Assembly (NCBI GenBank): GCA_965369655.1
Contig: CBDUQR010000001.1
Span: 64,001 to 128,000 of the forward strand
Direction of reading: 5' to 3'
Length of the DNA: 64,000 bases
Source of the DNA: an uncultured bacterium
GTDB lineage: Bacteria > Zixibacteria > MSB-5A5 > JAABVY01 > JAHJOQ01
The position numbers and the translations under genes were made by a program. The notes under the pieces were generated by a model, which searched no databases, was not told the DNA's origin, and worked only from the letters and a program-made list of their open reading frames with translations. The first letter of the stretch is position 1; each line of letters opens with the position of its first letter. Positions 38,645 to 48,219 of this stretch are shown piece by piece.

Positions 38645-39867
38645 GCGAGATCAATCACGATCAGTTCGAGGCCTGGATAAACAGGTATCTCGACGGCGAA
38701 CTCACGGACAATGAGTTCGAGCAATATCTCCGGAGCTTCGATGCAAGTCTCGACCTTGAGAAACTCAGACTGCTGAGGACTCGCATCGAGAGGATCGAGG
38801 AGCTATACAGGCAGATCGAGGAACCGGCTGTCCCGGATGGCTACTGGGATGAGTTTGCGGATCGAGTCACCGCAAGACTTTCACCAGACACCCGGCCATC
38901 ACTGAAGGATAGAATCCTCGCTTTGTTTTCTCCCAGCCGATGGCCCAACGCAACTTACAGGTATGCTGGCGCTGTCGCATCGGTGCTGGTCGTGTTCCTG
39001 ATCGGCAAATCTTTGATGAAGAGCGGAAGCGATGAGTATATGCCACATGATTTTCCTGCGGCAATAGTTGAGCAGCTTCCACCGTCATCAAGCAAACAGG
39101 TCTCCGATGACAAACGAGGGGATATCGAAAGCGTAGTAGAAGCAGAACCTAAACAGGTGATCGAGCATGCTGAGCAGCAGGACGATGAATCAGAGCCTGT
39201 CCAGCCCGCGATATCCATAGCGTCCGAGGCACTGAAGAAATCGAGTTCGGAGATTCGCGATGAAATGACAGGCGCAGACGACATCGTGGTTGAGTCAGAT
39301 ATGGAAATCGAAACGGGTGCCGCTCAGTCCGTCGTCGAAACATCGGCACCGAGCGAATCCATAGAAGATCTCGTACCACCGTCAGTCGATGCAGTAGTAC
39401 CGCAGTCATTAACCGAAGAATCAAAGATCGAACCGCTCGCGATTTCGCTCGAAGAACCGGAGGAAAAGGTTGTTGCAGACAAGATTGAGCGGCGCTCAGA
39501 AACAGACAAATCGCTTACATATATGAAAACAAGCGCAGTTGAATCGGACATAGAGCCATCCGCCGTATCAGTGGACAGAGGACGCACTGCCTGGAATTAT
39601 GACAACTGGGATCTCGACAGCCTGCGTGCGCAACTGAGCCTATATGAAGAACTCCCGGCCGATTCATTGTCTGCAGACTCTGCGTTCATCGAGATTGCAG
39701 AAATCAAGTCGTCGATTGCGTTCATAACCCGCGACTCCACAGATGTTTACGATGCAATCTGCGCGATCGACTCACTACTTATCCACAACCCCGACGCAGA
39801 CACTCAGAGATGGACCGTGAGACGGGCGCATCTCGATAGAATCCTCGAAAATCTTAATAACAGGTAG
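38641..39867 (+). CDS. Putative anti-sigma factor
   Basis: YLDGEL N-terminus, PDGYWDEF, one TM, acidic extracytoplasmic part; 4-bp overlap with the ECF gene. Confidence 0.7.
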   Translation: MSEINHDQFEAWINRYLDGELTDNEFEQYLRSFDASLDLEKLRLLRTRIERIEELYRQIEEPAVPDGYWDEFADRVTARLSPDTRPSLKDRILALFSPSRWPNATYRYAGAVASVLVVFLIGKSLMKSGSDEYMPHDFPAAIVEQLPPSSSKQVSDDKRGDIESVVEAEPKQVIEHAEQQDDESEPVQPAISIASEALKKSSSEIRDEMTGADDIVVESDMEIETGAAQSVVETSAPSESIEDLVPPSVDAVVPQSLTEESKIEPLAISLEEPEEKVVADKIERRSETDKSLTYMKTSAVESDIEPSAVSVDRGRTAWNYDNWDLDSLRAQLSLYEELPADSLSADSAFIEIAEIKSSIAFITRDSTDVYDAICAIDSLLIHNPDADTQRWTVRRAHLDRILENLNNR

Positions 39868-39872
39868 ATTCT

Positions 39873-39900
39873 CGGGAATATTGCTCCCTCCCATTTGTAA
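39873..39900 (+). promoter_or_regulatory. Putative ECF promoter
   Basis: CGGGAATA-N14-TTGTAA; same motif and spacing at 38039-38066. Confidence 0.55.
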
Positions 39901-39934
39901 TTTTAGCAGAAGACAAATTCAATGGGAGGTCAAA

Positions 39935-42205
39935 ATGGCTCGGCTAATCTCAGCAAAACTGATCGCAATTCTCGCGGCACTGACATTTTGCAGCAATGCT
40001 TTCGGTATCATTATTGTCGAACGCAGGAACCCGAACGACAGATTCATCAGCCTCAAACAGCAGCATGTCGATGTATCGATAGTCGATGGCGTTTCTAAAA
40101 CGACAATCGAGCAGGTGTTCCACAACAGCGCCTCACGGCAACTCGAGGGAACGTATCTGTTCCCCATACCCGAAGGGGCGTCGGTCTCGAATTTCACGAT
40201 GATGATCGGCGGCGTCGAGGTCAAGGGCGAGATTCTCCCCAAGGATGAGGCTGCTCGCAAGTATCACGACATAGTCCGTCGGATGCGGGACCCCGGACTG
40301 CTCGAATACGTCGGAAAAGACCTGTTTCAGGCGCGAGTCTACCCGATTCCTCCTCACGGAGATGTCGCAATCAAAGTCCACTATCAGCAGGTGCTGCCTT
40401 ATGACAATGGTCTCGTGACATACAGGTTCACTTCTGAGGACCCGAAATTCTACAGCGCACCGATTAGGGACTACCGACTCAATATCGATATCCAGTCCAA
40501 GACCGAAATCAAGGCTGTCTATTCTCCTACGCACAATGTCGAGATCGACAGGCCGGACAATCGAAACGCGGATGTCCTTCTGACAAGAAACGACCTGTCG
40601 CGCACGAAGGATTTCGTGCTCTACTACACTGTGTCCAACAAGGATTTCGGGCTGAGCCTGTTGACATATTTCGATCCGGATGAGAAACAGGGCTATTTCG
40701 TGGGACTGATCGCTCCGGATCTTGCGCAGAGCGAAAAGACGCGAACACAGAAGAACGTACTCTTTGTTCTCGATGTCTCAGGATCGATGTCGGGCGAGAA
40801 GATCGAACAGGCGAAACAGGCTCTACAGTTCTGTCTCAATTCTCTCGACAGGAACGACCGTTTCTCGATAGTCAGCTATTCGGATATTGTAGATCGATTC
40901 TCCGACAGGATGATTCCGGCGACGCGCGACAACATAAGAAATGCACAGCAGTATGTCGACCGGCTAAGGGCTGCCGGAGGGACTGACATAAACGGAGCGC
41001 TCACTGAGGCAATGTCAATCGAGGGCGCGAGGGCGTATGCCGACTATATTATCTTCCTCACCGATGGTGAGCCGACTGTCGGCGAGACGAATCCGAAGAG
41101 GATCGCCGAGAATATCAGGGCGGCGAATATCAACAATTGGAAAGTCTTCTGCTTCGGCGTTGGGTATGATGTCGATGTTGACCTTCTCGATCAACTCGCG
41201 TCAGATTCCAGAGCGGTAGCATCATACGTCAGGCCGGGCGAGGATGTCGAGGTCAAGGTATCGAACTTTTTCGCGAAGATCTCTAATCCAGCGATGACCG
41301 GGATCAGACTCGTCTGCGATGACAACAGGTTGTCACAGGTGTTTCCTCGCAACCTGCCCGATCTTTTCTATGGCATGCAATTGGTCATTGCCGGCAGGTA
41401 CGACAATCCGGGCGGCGCGACAATCAGGCTCGAAGGTTTCGTGCAGGGCAAACCCAAGACATACACATACAGTGTCGAGTTGTCAGGTCGCGAGGGCGAC
41501 GACGAACTGATCCCGCGTCAGTGGGCGATCAGGCGAATCGGCTTCCTGCTCGAAGAGATCAACGGCGGCGGTGAGAATATCGAACTGAAAGAGGAGATAG
41601 TCAGGCTGTCGAAGAAATACGGCATCGTGACGCCGTACACATCGTTCTTCGTGGATGAGCCCGCGCGCCAGTTCTATTCAAATGGCGCTGATATTCGGCG
41701 AGACATTATGGAGATGTCCAAACCGACAAATAACGTTGTAATTGCAGACAAGATGGCTCTTCCCTATGGGGAGAGAAAGAAAGCAGCCGTGGACCATTCG
41801 CAGTTCTTGACGACAATGTCGGGAAAGTCAATAATCGTTGAAACGGATGAGTTTATCCCGCAGGACGGTGAAGCTGGCTCGTATGCACCCGCCACTGCAT
41901 TGGAAGAACAGGTGGCAGCGCAGGTCGGTTCGGCCAGACTCCGGCGACTAATCACGATCGGTGACAGGACATTCCAGAGAATCGGTAACGTCCTGTACGA
42001 CAGCAAGCTCGATGGTTCACAGGAGATATTCAAGATCATGATGTTCAGCGATGCATATTTCGAGCTGCTCGAATTGCGTCCTGAGATCGGCAAGTATCTT
42101 ACGACTGGCGACGAGATCATACTTGCCGTCGGCGATATCGCAATCCATTTCAGCGAGGAGGGCGACGACACACTAAGCGACAAAGTGAAACAACTGGTAA
42201 GCTGA
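39935..42205 (+). CDS. VIT and VWA domain secreted protein
   Basis: Signal peptide; EQVFHN..LEGTYLFP; DVSGSM MIDAS, GGTDI, FLTDG; IVTPYTSF. Confidence 0.93.
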   Translation: MARLISAKLIAILAALTFCSNAFGIIIVERRNPNDRFISLKQQHVDVSIVDGVSKTTIEQVFHNSASRQLEGTYLFPIPEGASVSNFTMMIGGVEVKGEILPKDEAARKYHDIVRRMRDPGLLEYVGKDLFQARVYPIPPHGDVAIKVHYQQVLPYDNGLVTYRFTSEDPKFYSAPIRDYRLNIDIQSKTEIKAVYSPTHNVEIDRPDNRNADVLLTRNDLSRTKDFVLYYTVSNKDFGLSLLTYFDPDEKQGYFVGLIAPDLAQSEKTRTQKNVLFVLDVSGSMSGEKIEQAKQALQFCLNSLDRNDRFSIVSYSDIVDRFSDRMIPATRDNIRNAQQYVDRLRAAGGTDINGALTEAMSIEGARAYADYIIFLTDGEPTVGETNPKRIAENIRAANINNWKVFCFGVGYDVDVDLLDQLASDSRAVASYVRPGEDVEVKVSNFFAKISNPAMTGIRLVCDDNRLSQVFPRNLPDLFYGMQLVIAGRYDNPGGATIRLEGFVQGKPKTYTYSVELSGREGDDELIPRQWAIRRIGFLLEEINGGGENIELKEEIVRLSKKYGIVTPYTSFFVDEPARQFYSNGADIRRDIMEMSKPTNNVVIADKMALPYGERKKAAVDHSQFLTTMSGKSIIVETDEFIPQDGEAGSYAPATALEEQVAAQVGSARLRRLITIGDRTFQRIGNVLYDSKLDGSQEIFKIMMFSDAYFELLELRPEIGKYLTTGDEIILAVGDIAIHFSEEGDDTLSDKVKQLVS

Positions 42206-42223
42206 CATATCCTCCGGGCTATG

Positions 42224-42251
42224 AAGGGCGCCTCAATCAGGCGCCCTTTTT
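42224..42251 (+). terminator. Intrinsic terminator
   Basis: AAGGGCGCCT-caatc-AGGCGCCCTT-TTT. Confidence 0.85.
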
Positions 42252-42286
42252 GTTATTGACATCGAATCGCCGCCGGTTATTATTCA

Positions 42287-43033
42287 ATGTGTATGATTGT
42301 TTTCAAAGTTCTTCAAATCGCACTGCTGGTTCTGATCGCAATGTTTAACTTCGCTTCTGCAGAAAGCGACTCGGTGTTCTATTCGCCGGACTCTGACTCG
42401 TACAAAACAGAGCGACTTCAGATGGTCAGGAAGCAGATCGAATCGCGTGGTGTGACAGATGAGAAAGTCCTCGAAGCGATGCGGACTGTGCCAAGGCATC
42501 TTTTCGTACCCCGCTCGCATATCAAGCTTGCATACAGCGATGGCCCGCTCCCGATCGGACACGATCAGACGATCAGCCAGCCGTATATCGTCGCGCTGAT
42601 GACCGAACTACTCGAACTCGAAGGGGGAGAGCGTGTGCTGGAAATTGGCACGGGGTCAGGCTATCAAACAGCAGTGCTGGCCGAAATAGTCGATACAGTC
42701 TACTCGATTGAGATCATCTGTGAACTGACAAAGAGCGCGCAGGAGATTATTGATAAGCTCGGATACAGCAACACCCTGATCCGTTGTGCAGACGGCTACA
42801 GAGGAATACCTGATGCCGCGCCGTTTGACCGGGTGATCGTCACCGCCGCGCCGGACCATATCCCTGATCCATTGATTGAACAGCTCAGCGTCGGCGGGAA
42901 GATGGTGCTGCCGGTTGGTGATTTCTATCAGGAACTTGTAGTTGTCGAGAAGACCAAAGATGGCGTCATAAAGAAGAGATCGATCCCGGTCCGGTTCGTA
43001 CCGATGACCGGTGAAGCACAGGATAAAAAGTAG
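42287..43033 (+). CDS. pcm: Protein-L-isoaspartate O-methyltransferase with an N-terminal hydrophobic leader
   Basis: VPRHLF, QTISQP, VLEIGTGSGYQ, APFDRVIVTAA, VRFVPM. Confidence 0.95.
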   Translation: MCMIVFKVLQIALLVLIAMFNFASAESDSVFYSPDSDSYKTERLQMVRKQIESRGVTDEKVLEAMRTVPRHLFVPRSHIKLAYSDGPLPIGHDQTISQPYIVALMTELLELEGGERVLEIGTGSGYQTAVLAEIVDTVYSIEIICELTKSAQEIIDKLGYSNTLIRCADGYRGIPDAAPFDRVIVTAAPDHIPDPLIEQLSVGGKMVLPVGDFYQELVVVEKTKDGVIKKRSIPVRFVPMTGEAQDKK

Positions 43034-43042
43034 GAGGTCGTT

Positions 43043-43222
43043 ATGTTTCTCGGATTCCTTCTGGTCATTCTTGGCGCGATCTTCCTTCTCCGCAATATGG
43101 GTATCCTTCCATTCTGGTACGGCTGGAGCGAACTCTGGCCGGTCCTTCTGATAGCACTCGGACTCGCCATGGTCGGCGACAGCATCTTCAAGAAATCGAA
43201 GAAGAAAAATAAGCCGGAATAA
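43043..43222 (+). CDS. Small 2-TM protein (DUF5668/LiaF-TM-like), not in the ORF track
   Basis: RBS AGGAGG; MFLGFLLVILGAIFLLRNMG...ELWPVLLIALG...KKSKKKNKPE. Confidence 0.85.
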   Translation: MFLGFLLVILGAIFLLRNMGILPFWYGWSELWPVLLIALGLAMVGDSIFKKSKKKNKPE

Positions 43223-43299
43223 CCTATAGGTGGTGCGCTCAAGCTGTGATTGGGTTTGCATTCCTACGCCAAGGTGTGGACCGCAGGTATTTACGCGAG

Positions 43300-43875
43300 T
43301 TAGGCAATCATGGAACCAGACATGCACGTGTCAACAATCTCATGCCAGTCGCTGCATCGGACAAACCTACCTTGCGCATTAATGGAATGGTTCCACGGTG
43401 CATCAAGAAGGCATGATATATCTGCGAAATCGGATGCTGCAATAACCTCTCTAAGATCATCGTCAATAACAACTTCAGCCATAGGATATAGGTCAGATTT
43501 ACTTGCTACTGTGGAATGGCTTTCATGCAAAGACATGAACGCATGAAAGTCAAGCCCATTGTCGCGAAGCCACTTCTTTGTTTTTGAGTGGAGAGATATT
43601 GGTCTGCTGGTAGCAACAACGATACGAAACTTCGTCGCAAGTTTTTCCAATCCCTCAGCAGCTCCTTCGACCAATTGCATTTTCGAATAATCAAGTCGTT
43701 GAAATACCTTTTTGAAATCACTTTCTTTGACTCCTACAACCCTATCGATTTCGAACATCCGAATGTCGGTTCTGTTCAGATTGCAGTCATAAAGACTATT
43801 AATAACAGGGATTGCAGAACCTACAAGATCACAGATGACACCATCAACGTCTACCACTATGACTTTTCTATCCAT
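43300..43875 (-). CDS. HAD-superfamily 5'(3')-deoxyribonucleotidase (NT5C-like)
   Basis: Motif I VDVDGVICD, motif II ATSRP, motif IV IDDD, APWN. Confidence 0.88.
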   Translation of the reverse strand: MDRKVIVVDVDGVICDLVGSAIPVINSLYDCNLNRTDIRMFEIDRVVGVKESDFKKVFQRLDYSKMQLVEGAAEGLEKLATKFRIVVATSRPISLHSKTKKWLRDNGLDFHAFMSLHESHSTVASKSDLYPMAEVVIDDDLREVIAASDFADISCLLDAPWNHSINAQGRFVRCSDWHEIVDTCMSGSMIA

Positions 43876-43892
43876 CGAACCTAGCCCCGTAT

Positions 43893-44483
43893 CTAATTGA
43901 CGATGTACTTAATAACGAGCACTGAGACTATTGGTATTCCATAGAACAGGATGACCAGCCTTTTGGCTGCTGGCGGGTGAACGACTCTGCTTATGCTAGT
44001 AGTCAGGCCAAAGAGACCAAACCTCTTTCCTAAGTCCGACTCGTCGAACTTCAAGGCCTGCGCCACCGAACCTAGGAGAAGTTGGTGATAATAGAAGTAG
44101 TCCATTACGAAGGCTATTGCCCATAGGATTAGTAGGAGGAAAAAGAAAATGAGAAAATGCTCCTCGTTAATCTTCTCGGCCTTCTGTAAAGCCACGCTTG
44201 CCCCTACTAACGTTATGAAAGCTGTCAGGACAATGGACCGAAACCGTATAATCAGATCATTGAAGTGCATTTGCGTCTCAATGATGGTTTTCCATTCTGT
44301 TTGGTAAAGCGGGATTACTGCCTTTTCCTGATCTGAAATATCCGGGACCGGATATGGCAACCTATTAACCGGCGTATCCTTACCTTTACTCTTACCTTTG
44401 CCAACTACAATGCGATCAATTGTAATAACAATTGCGGTGTAAATGATTACAAGAAGAATAAGAACAGGTATCGATATTGTCAC
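43893..44483 (-). CDS. Multi-TM membrane protein
   Basis: Likely GTG start at 44483 after GAGGGAG; QMHFNDLIIRFR helix followed by TMs; AT-rich. Confidence 0.75.
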   Translation of the reverse strand: MTISIPVLILLVIIYTAIVITIDRIVVGKGKSKGKDTPVNRLPYPVPDISDQEKAVIPLYQTEWKTIIETQMHFNDLIIRFRSIVLTAFITLVGASVALQKAEKINEEHFLIFFFLLLILWAIAFVMDYFYYHQLLLGSVAQALKFDESDLGKRFGLFGLTTSISRVVHPPAAKRLVILFYGIPIVSVLVIKYIVN

Positions 44484-44750
44484 AACCTTCTCCCTCAAAG
44501 TGATTGTGTTGTGTGCATCAGACAGACAACTCAAACAGTTTCGATCCGCACAAAGTCAGTCACGCGGTTGTTCCAGCCCGACTACTATTGATTCGCAACT
44601 TAATGTAAACTAATGCATTTCGAAGCACTAAGTCAATCACAAAACGCAATAGGGCCGGGTGCAATCATCCGGGGTGCTTTTTGAAAAATTCAAACTGATC
44701 GCCATACTACAGTCCAGTAGCCCAGTAGCGCCTCACTCCTGCGTAACAAA

Positions 44751-44889
44751 TAGCAGGTGTCGAGGACACCTGCTCTACAAGAACTGTGACAGATACTGAG
44801 ATCGCCACGTCGCTCCGCTCCTCGCGATGACACCGCCCGCTCTCGGCGGTCGCAAGAACTGCCGGAACGGACGCTTTGGGAACAACCTC
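44751..44889. repeat. REP cluster plus a solo right end of the TIR element
   Basis: Hairpin AGCAGGTGTC-GA-G-GACACCTGCT; GAGATCGCCACGTCGCT..CTCGCGATGAC; 44831-44889 aligns with 54339-54396. Confidence 0.7.
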
Positions 44890-44967
44890 CTCCGTACCCC
44901 ATCGCGGAAAAGCATCGAATCTGCTTGACAATTACCGCGCCATTTGTATCATTGGCTGCCGTATCTG

Positions 44968-45531
44968 ATGATTAGACTCGTTGCTGGACTCGGGAATCCG
45001 GGAAAGAAATACATCAAGACCAGACACAACCTTGGTTTCATGGTTGTCGAACGGTTAGCTGACAAGTACGAGTCCGGCTTCAGAAAGAAGAAAGGAGATT
45101 TCAGGCAGAGTTCAGTCGCAATCGGCAGTGGCAATGTCATTCTGATCAAGCCGACCACATTCATGAATCTCTCGGGAGTGGCGGTGAGGCAGGCGGCTGA
45201 CTATCATGGATTTAGACCGTCGGAGATTCTGATCGTAAGCGATGACATCAATCTCCCCCTGGGAAAGATAAGGATAAGGAGCGGTGGTTCCGACGGCGGG
45301 CATAAAGGCCTGAAATCAGTTATACAGGAGTTAGGATCAGAGGAGTTTCGTCGCGTACGTCTGGGGATTGGTCTGCCAGAAGAGATTGACGTCCCGGTAG
45401 ATGCGTATGTCCTGGAGAAGTTCTCCGAAGACGAACAGAAGACCGTTGAAGAGATGATAAAAACTGCGGTTTCCGCTGTCGAGCAAATTATACAAGACGG
45501 CGTTGAGGCTGCACAGGTAACATTCAATTAA
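44968..45531 (+). CDS. pth: Peptidyl-tRNA hydrolase
   Basis: GLGNPG..Y..TRHNLGF, KPTTFMNLSG, GGHKGL. Confidence 0.96.
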   Translation: MIRLVAGLGNPGKKYIKTRHNLGFMVVERLADKYESGFRKKKGDFRQSSVAIGSGNVILIKPTTFMNLSGVAVRQAADYHGFRPSEILIVSDDINLPLGKIRIRSGGSDGGHKGLKSVIQELGSEEFRRVRLGIGLPEEIDVPVDAYVLEKFSEDEQKTVEEMIKTAVSAVEQIIQDGVEAAQVTFN

Positions 45532-45533
45532 CC

Positions 45534-45578
45534 ACCCTGCTTTCTCGACGCGAGAAGGCCGGAAGACCGGAGGGAGGT
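45534..45578 (+). promoter_or_regulatory. S6:S18 ribosomal protein leader (autoregulatory RNA)
   Basis: CCCTGC-TTTCTCG-acg-CGAGAAG-GC-CG..AGACC..GAGGGAGG immediately upstream of rpsF; CCCT can pair with the RBS. Confidence 0.65.
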
Positions 45579-45581
45579 TTC

Positions 45582-45920
45582 ATGAAGCTCTACGAAACCG
45601 GCATTATTCTCAGTTCACTGCTCGAAGAATCCCAGATCACCCGTCAGACTGAGCAGATTCAGTCGCTCATTACCGACAACGGCGGCAAGATTATTGACGT
45701 CGATCGCTGGGGAATGAGGAAGCTGGCCTATGAGATCAAGAAGATGCAGCAGGGATTCTATGTGTTCTTCCGCTACGAAGCCGACGGCAGCGTGCCACAG
45801 AAGCTGGAGAAAGCATTTCAGGTGAACGAGTCTGTGCTGAGGTTCCTGACGACAGTCCCTGACAAGGCCGAAGAAAGCCGGAAGCCAAGTGAAGAGACTT
45901 CGGAGGCGCCATCGTATTGA
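45582..45920 (+). CDS. rpsF: 30S ribosomal protein S6
   Basis: YET..I, WGMRKLAYEIKK, NESVLRFL. Confidence 0.96.
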   Translation: MKLYETGIILSSLLEESQITRQTEQIQSLITDNGGKIIDVDRWGMRKLAYEIKKMQQGFYVFFRYEADGSVPQKLEKAFQVNESVLRFLTTVPDKAEESRKPSEETSEAPSY

Positions 45921-45992
45921 TCCGTTTAGCCGCATGGCGCACATCGGCGTCTGCAGGGAAATTCAAATTCAAATATTGGGAGAGTCATAGTT

Positions 45993-46238
45993 GTGAAGCG
46001 TAGATCAATGGGATTCGATAATCGAAGAAAACGGCGTGGTCGGTTCGCCGATATCAAGCTCGGAATAATCGACTATAAAGATGACAAGCTCTTAAGGAAG
46101 TTCATCACCGAGAATGGCAAGATTATCCCGCGCAGAGTCACCGGGGTGTCGGCCAAGACACAGCGGAAACTCTGTCGTGCGATAAAGCGAGCGCGGATGA
46201 TGGCGCTACTGCCGTTTGTCGAGGAGGCATACAGGTAG
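45993..46238 (+). CDS. rpsR: 30S ribosomal protein S18 (no CxxC zinc motif)
   Basis: [33 protein letters not shown]. Confidence 0.96.
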   Translation: MKRRSMGFDNRRKRRGRFADIKLGIIDYKDDKLLRKFITENGKIIPRRVTGVSAKTQRKLCRAIKRARMMALLPFVEEAYR

Positions 46239-46245
46239 GGAAAGG

Positions 46246-47208
46246 ATGCCCTCGTTGCGAACGAAGCTGAGTTTAGCTGCGGTCGGCATGGTGGCGTCGT
46301 ACAATGCACTCTGCTGGCTACCTGCAAGTATCTGGGCGTTCGCCATTGCATCTTCCACCGGCCTTGTATTTCTCCTTGCTGTGCGCCCGCTCAGGTATGG
46401 CGCCGCTCTGATGATCGCATCGATGATCGTCGGAGTATTGACAGCGAGGATGCTGCCCGATGGTTACACATATTACTTTGTGGGATTTACACTCATGCTC
46501 GTCGCACTCCCGAGCGCAATCATGGCTGCCGGTATCAGAAACGGGATATCGGCTCACAGGACTCAACTTTGGGCGCTTCTTCCAATCTCGATCCTGCTGT
46601 TCCTGTATGTCATGAATGTGTATGGCGCTGCAACTCTCTGGAGGGAAGTGATCGATGGGATGAGTATGAATACCGTCGAGTGGTACAGTGAGGCGATAAA
46701 CTCTATGCCTGGGACCATTTCAGCCGAGGAAGCCGAGCGATTGAAAGGACTTGTTACAGACTTGTTCAATTTCCTGTACAGGTTCACGCCGGGACTGCTC
46801 ATAACCCTGGCGGCAGCGGTCAATATTGCGTCATACTTCTTCGCAGGTAAGATGATTCGCGTCGAGGGAGGATTCTATAGACGAATGATGGGATTCGGAC
46901 TATGGAAAGCAGGCGTCATTCACATGGCGCTTCTGGCAGTCGGGATCGTAACGTGGATGACGCGGATCGAAGCGATAATACCGCTCTCGGAGAATCTGCT
47001 GTTCCTGCTCGGCATCGTATATATGGTGGCGGGTTTTTCGGTCATCGACCACTATTTGAAGAAATACAGAATACATGCTGCACTCCGGACGGCATTTGTA
47101 GTAGCACTGATCCTGTCGGGCTGGTTCGGAGGACTGCTGGCCGCCATAGTCGGCCTGGTCGATTCTCATTTCGACTTCAGGCGCGTGCGGGCGCAGCAGA
47201 TCGGATGA
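46246..47208 (+). CDS. YybS/DUF2232 family membrane protein
   Basis: Multi-TM; GLVDSHFDFR C-terminus; sits between rpsR and rplI. Confidence 0.8.
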   Translation: MPSLRTKLSLAAVGMVASYNALCWLPASIWAFAIASSTGLVFLLAVRPLRYGAALMIASMIVGVLTARMLPDGYTYYFVGFTLMLVALPSAIMAAGIRNGISAHRTQLWALLPISILLFLYVMNVYGAATLWREVIDGMSMNTVEWYSEAINSMPGTISAEEAERLKGLVTDLFNFLYRFTPGLLITLAAAVNIASYFFAGKMIRVEGGFYRRMMGFGLWKAGVIHMALLAVGIVTWMTRIEAIIPLSENLLFLLGIVYMVAGFSVIDHYLKKYRIHAALRTAFVVALILSGWFGGLLAAIVGLVDSHFDFRRVRAQQIG

Positions 47209-47263
47209 AATATCCCTTTGCTATGAACAACAAGAGTGCGTACATATAGAGAGGTGAATTCAG

Positions 47264-47710
47264 ATGAAAGTGATTTTGAGAGAAGATATGGATAATCTCG
47301 GCAAATGCGGGGATATCATAGAGGTCAAGAACGGGTTCGGGCGGAACTACCTGCTGCCTCGCAACCTGGCCATTCCGGCGACTAAGGGAAACCTGAAGTC
47401 TATAGGCGAGGTCACGGCGCAGAAAGAGCTCCGTGATAAGAAATACCGCAGGGAAGCCGAAAGAATCAAAGATCGCATCGAGAGAATCTCCTGTACCGCC
47501 GAGGTCAATGTTGGCGAAGAGGATAAGATGTTCGGATCGATAACGTCGGCCATCATCGTCGGTTTGCTCAAAGAGGAAGGCGTCGAGATCGATCGTCGCA
47601 AGATCATGCTCGATGAACCGATCAAGAACCTGGGAGTCTACACAATTCCGGTGAAGATAGCTCCGGATGTTGTCGCTAATCTCAAACTCTGGGTGGTCAA
47701 GAAGAGTTGA
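47264..47710 (+). CDS. rplI: 50S ribosomal protein L9
   Basis: MKVIL..LGKCGD..VKNGFGRNYLLP, KMFGSIT. Confidence 0.97.
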   Translation: MKVILREDMDNLGKCGDIIEVKNGFGRNYLLPRNLAIPATKGNLKSIGEVTAQKELRDKKYRREAERIKDRIERISCTAEVNVGEEDKMFGSITSAIIVGLLKEEGVEIDRRKIMLDEPIKNLGVYTIPVKIAPDVVANLKLWVVKKS

Positions 47711-48219
47711 CGTCGGACAACGAAGAAAAAGTCGATTTGGTGGAAGTGAGCGTTAACGGGCTTGCTCTGGATGTCACCACCAACTCGCCGGTCGTGTTGC
47801 TCGGACCTGTGAATTCCGAGAAGGTCTTGCCGATCTGGATCGGCCACTATGAAGCGTGGGCGATTGCCATGGAGATGTCAGGCATGCCGTCAAAGAGACC
47901 TATGACGCACGACCTTCTCAGGACGGTGATAGAAGGTCTAAAGGCAGAGGTCGTCAGGGTTGAGATATTCGATCTCAAGGATCAGACATTCTACGCGCGG
48001 GTTATCTTAAGAAATAACGGGAACGAACTCGATATCGATGCGCGGCCTTCGGATTCGATAGCCCTTGCGCTCAAGGCAAAGGCTCCAATCTTCGCCAACC
48101 CCAAGTTGTTCGACCTGAAGCAGCCTCCTTCGGACAGCAAGCAAGCTGCAGATCCGCAGGAACTCAAGGATCGCCTGAAAAGGATCAATCCAGAGGACTT
48201 CGGCAAGTACTCCCTCTGA
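47707..48219 (+). CDS. Bifunctional nuclease family (DUF151)
   Basis: LPIWIG..EA, RPMTHDL, DARPSDSIALAL. Confidence 0.93.
   Translation: MTSDNEEKVDLVEVSVNGLALDVTTNSPVVLLGPVNSEKVLPIWIGHYEAWAIAMEMSGMPSKRPMTHDLLRTVIEGLKAEVVRVEIFDLKDQTFYARVILRNNGNELDIDARPSDSIALALKAKAPIFANPKLFDLKQPPSDSKQAADPQELKDRLKRINPEDFGKYSL

Noticed and set aside
43216-43306. Complete attC site after the HAD gene (GCCTAAC ... GTTATTC)
   Set aside because: The inner L boxes are not complementary, so no convincing attC fold.
45921-45992. Absence of ssb between rpsF and rpsR, and of lptA between lptC and lptB
   Set aside because: Common lineage-level gene-order variation; the genes may lie elsewhere.
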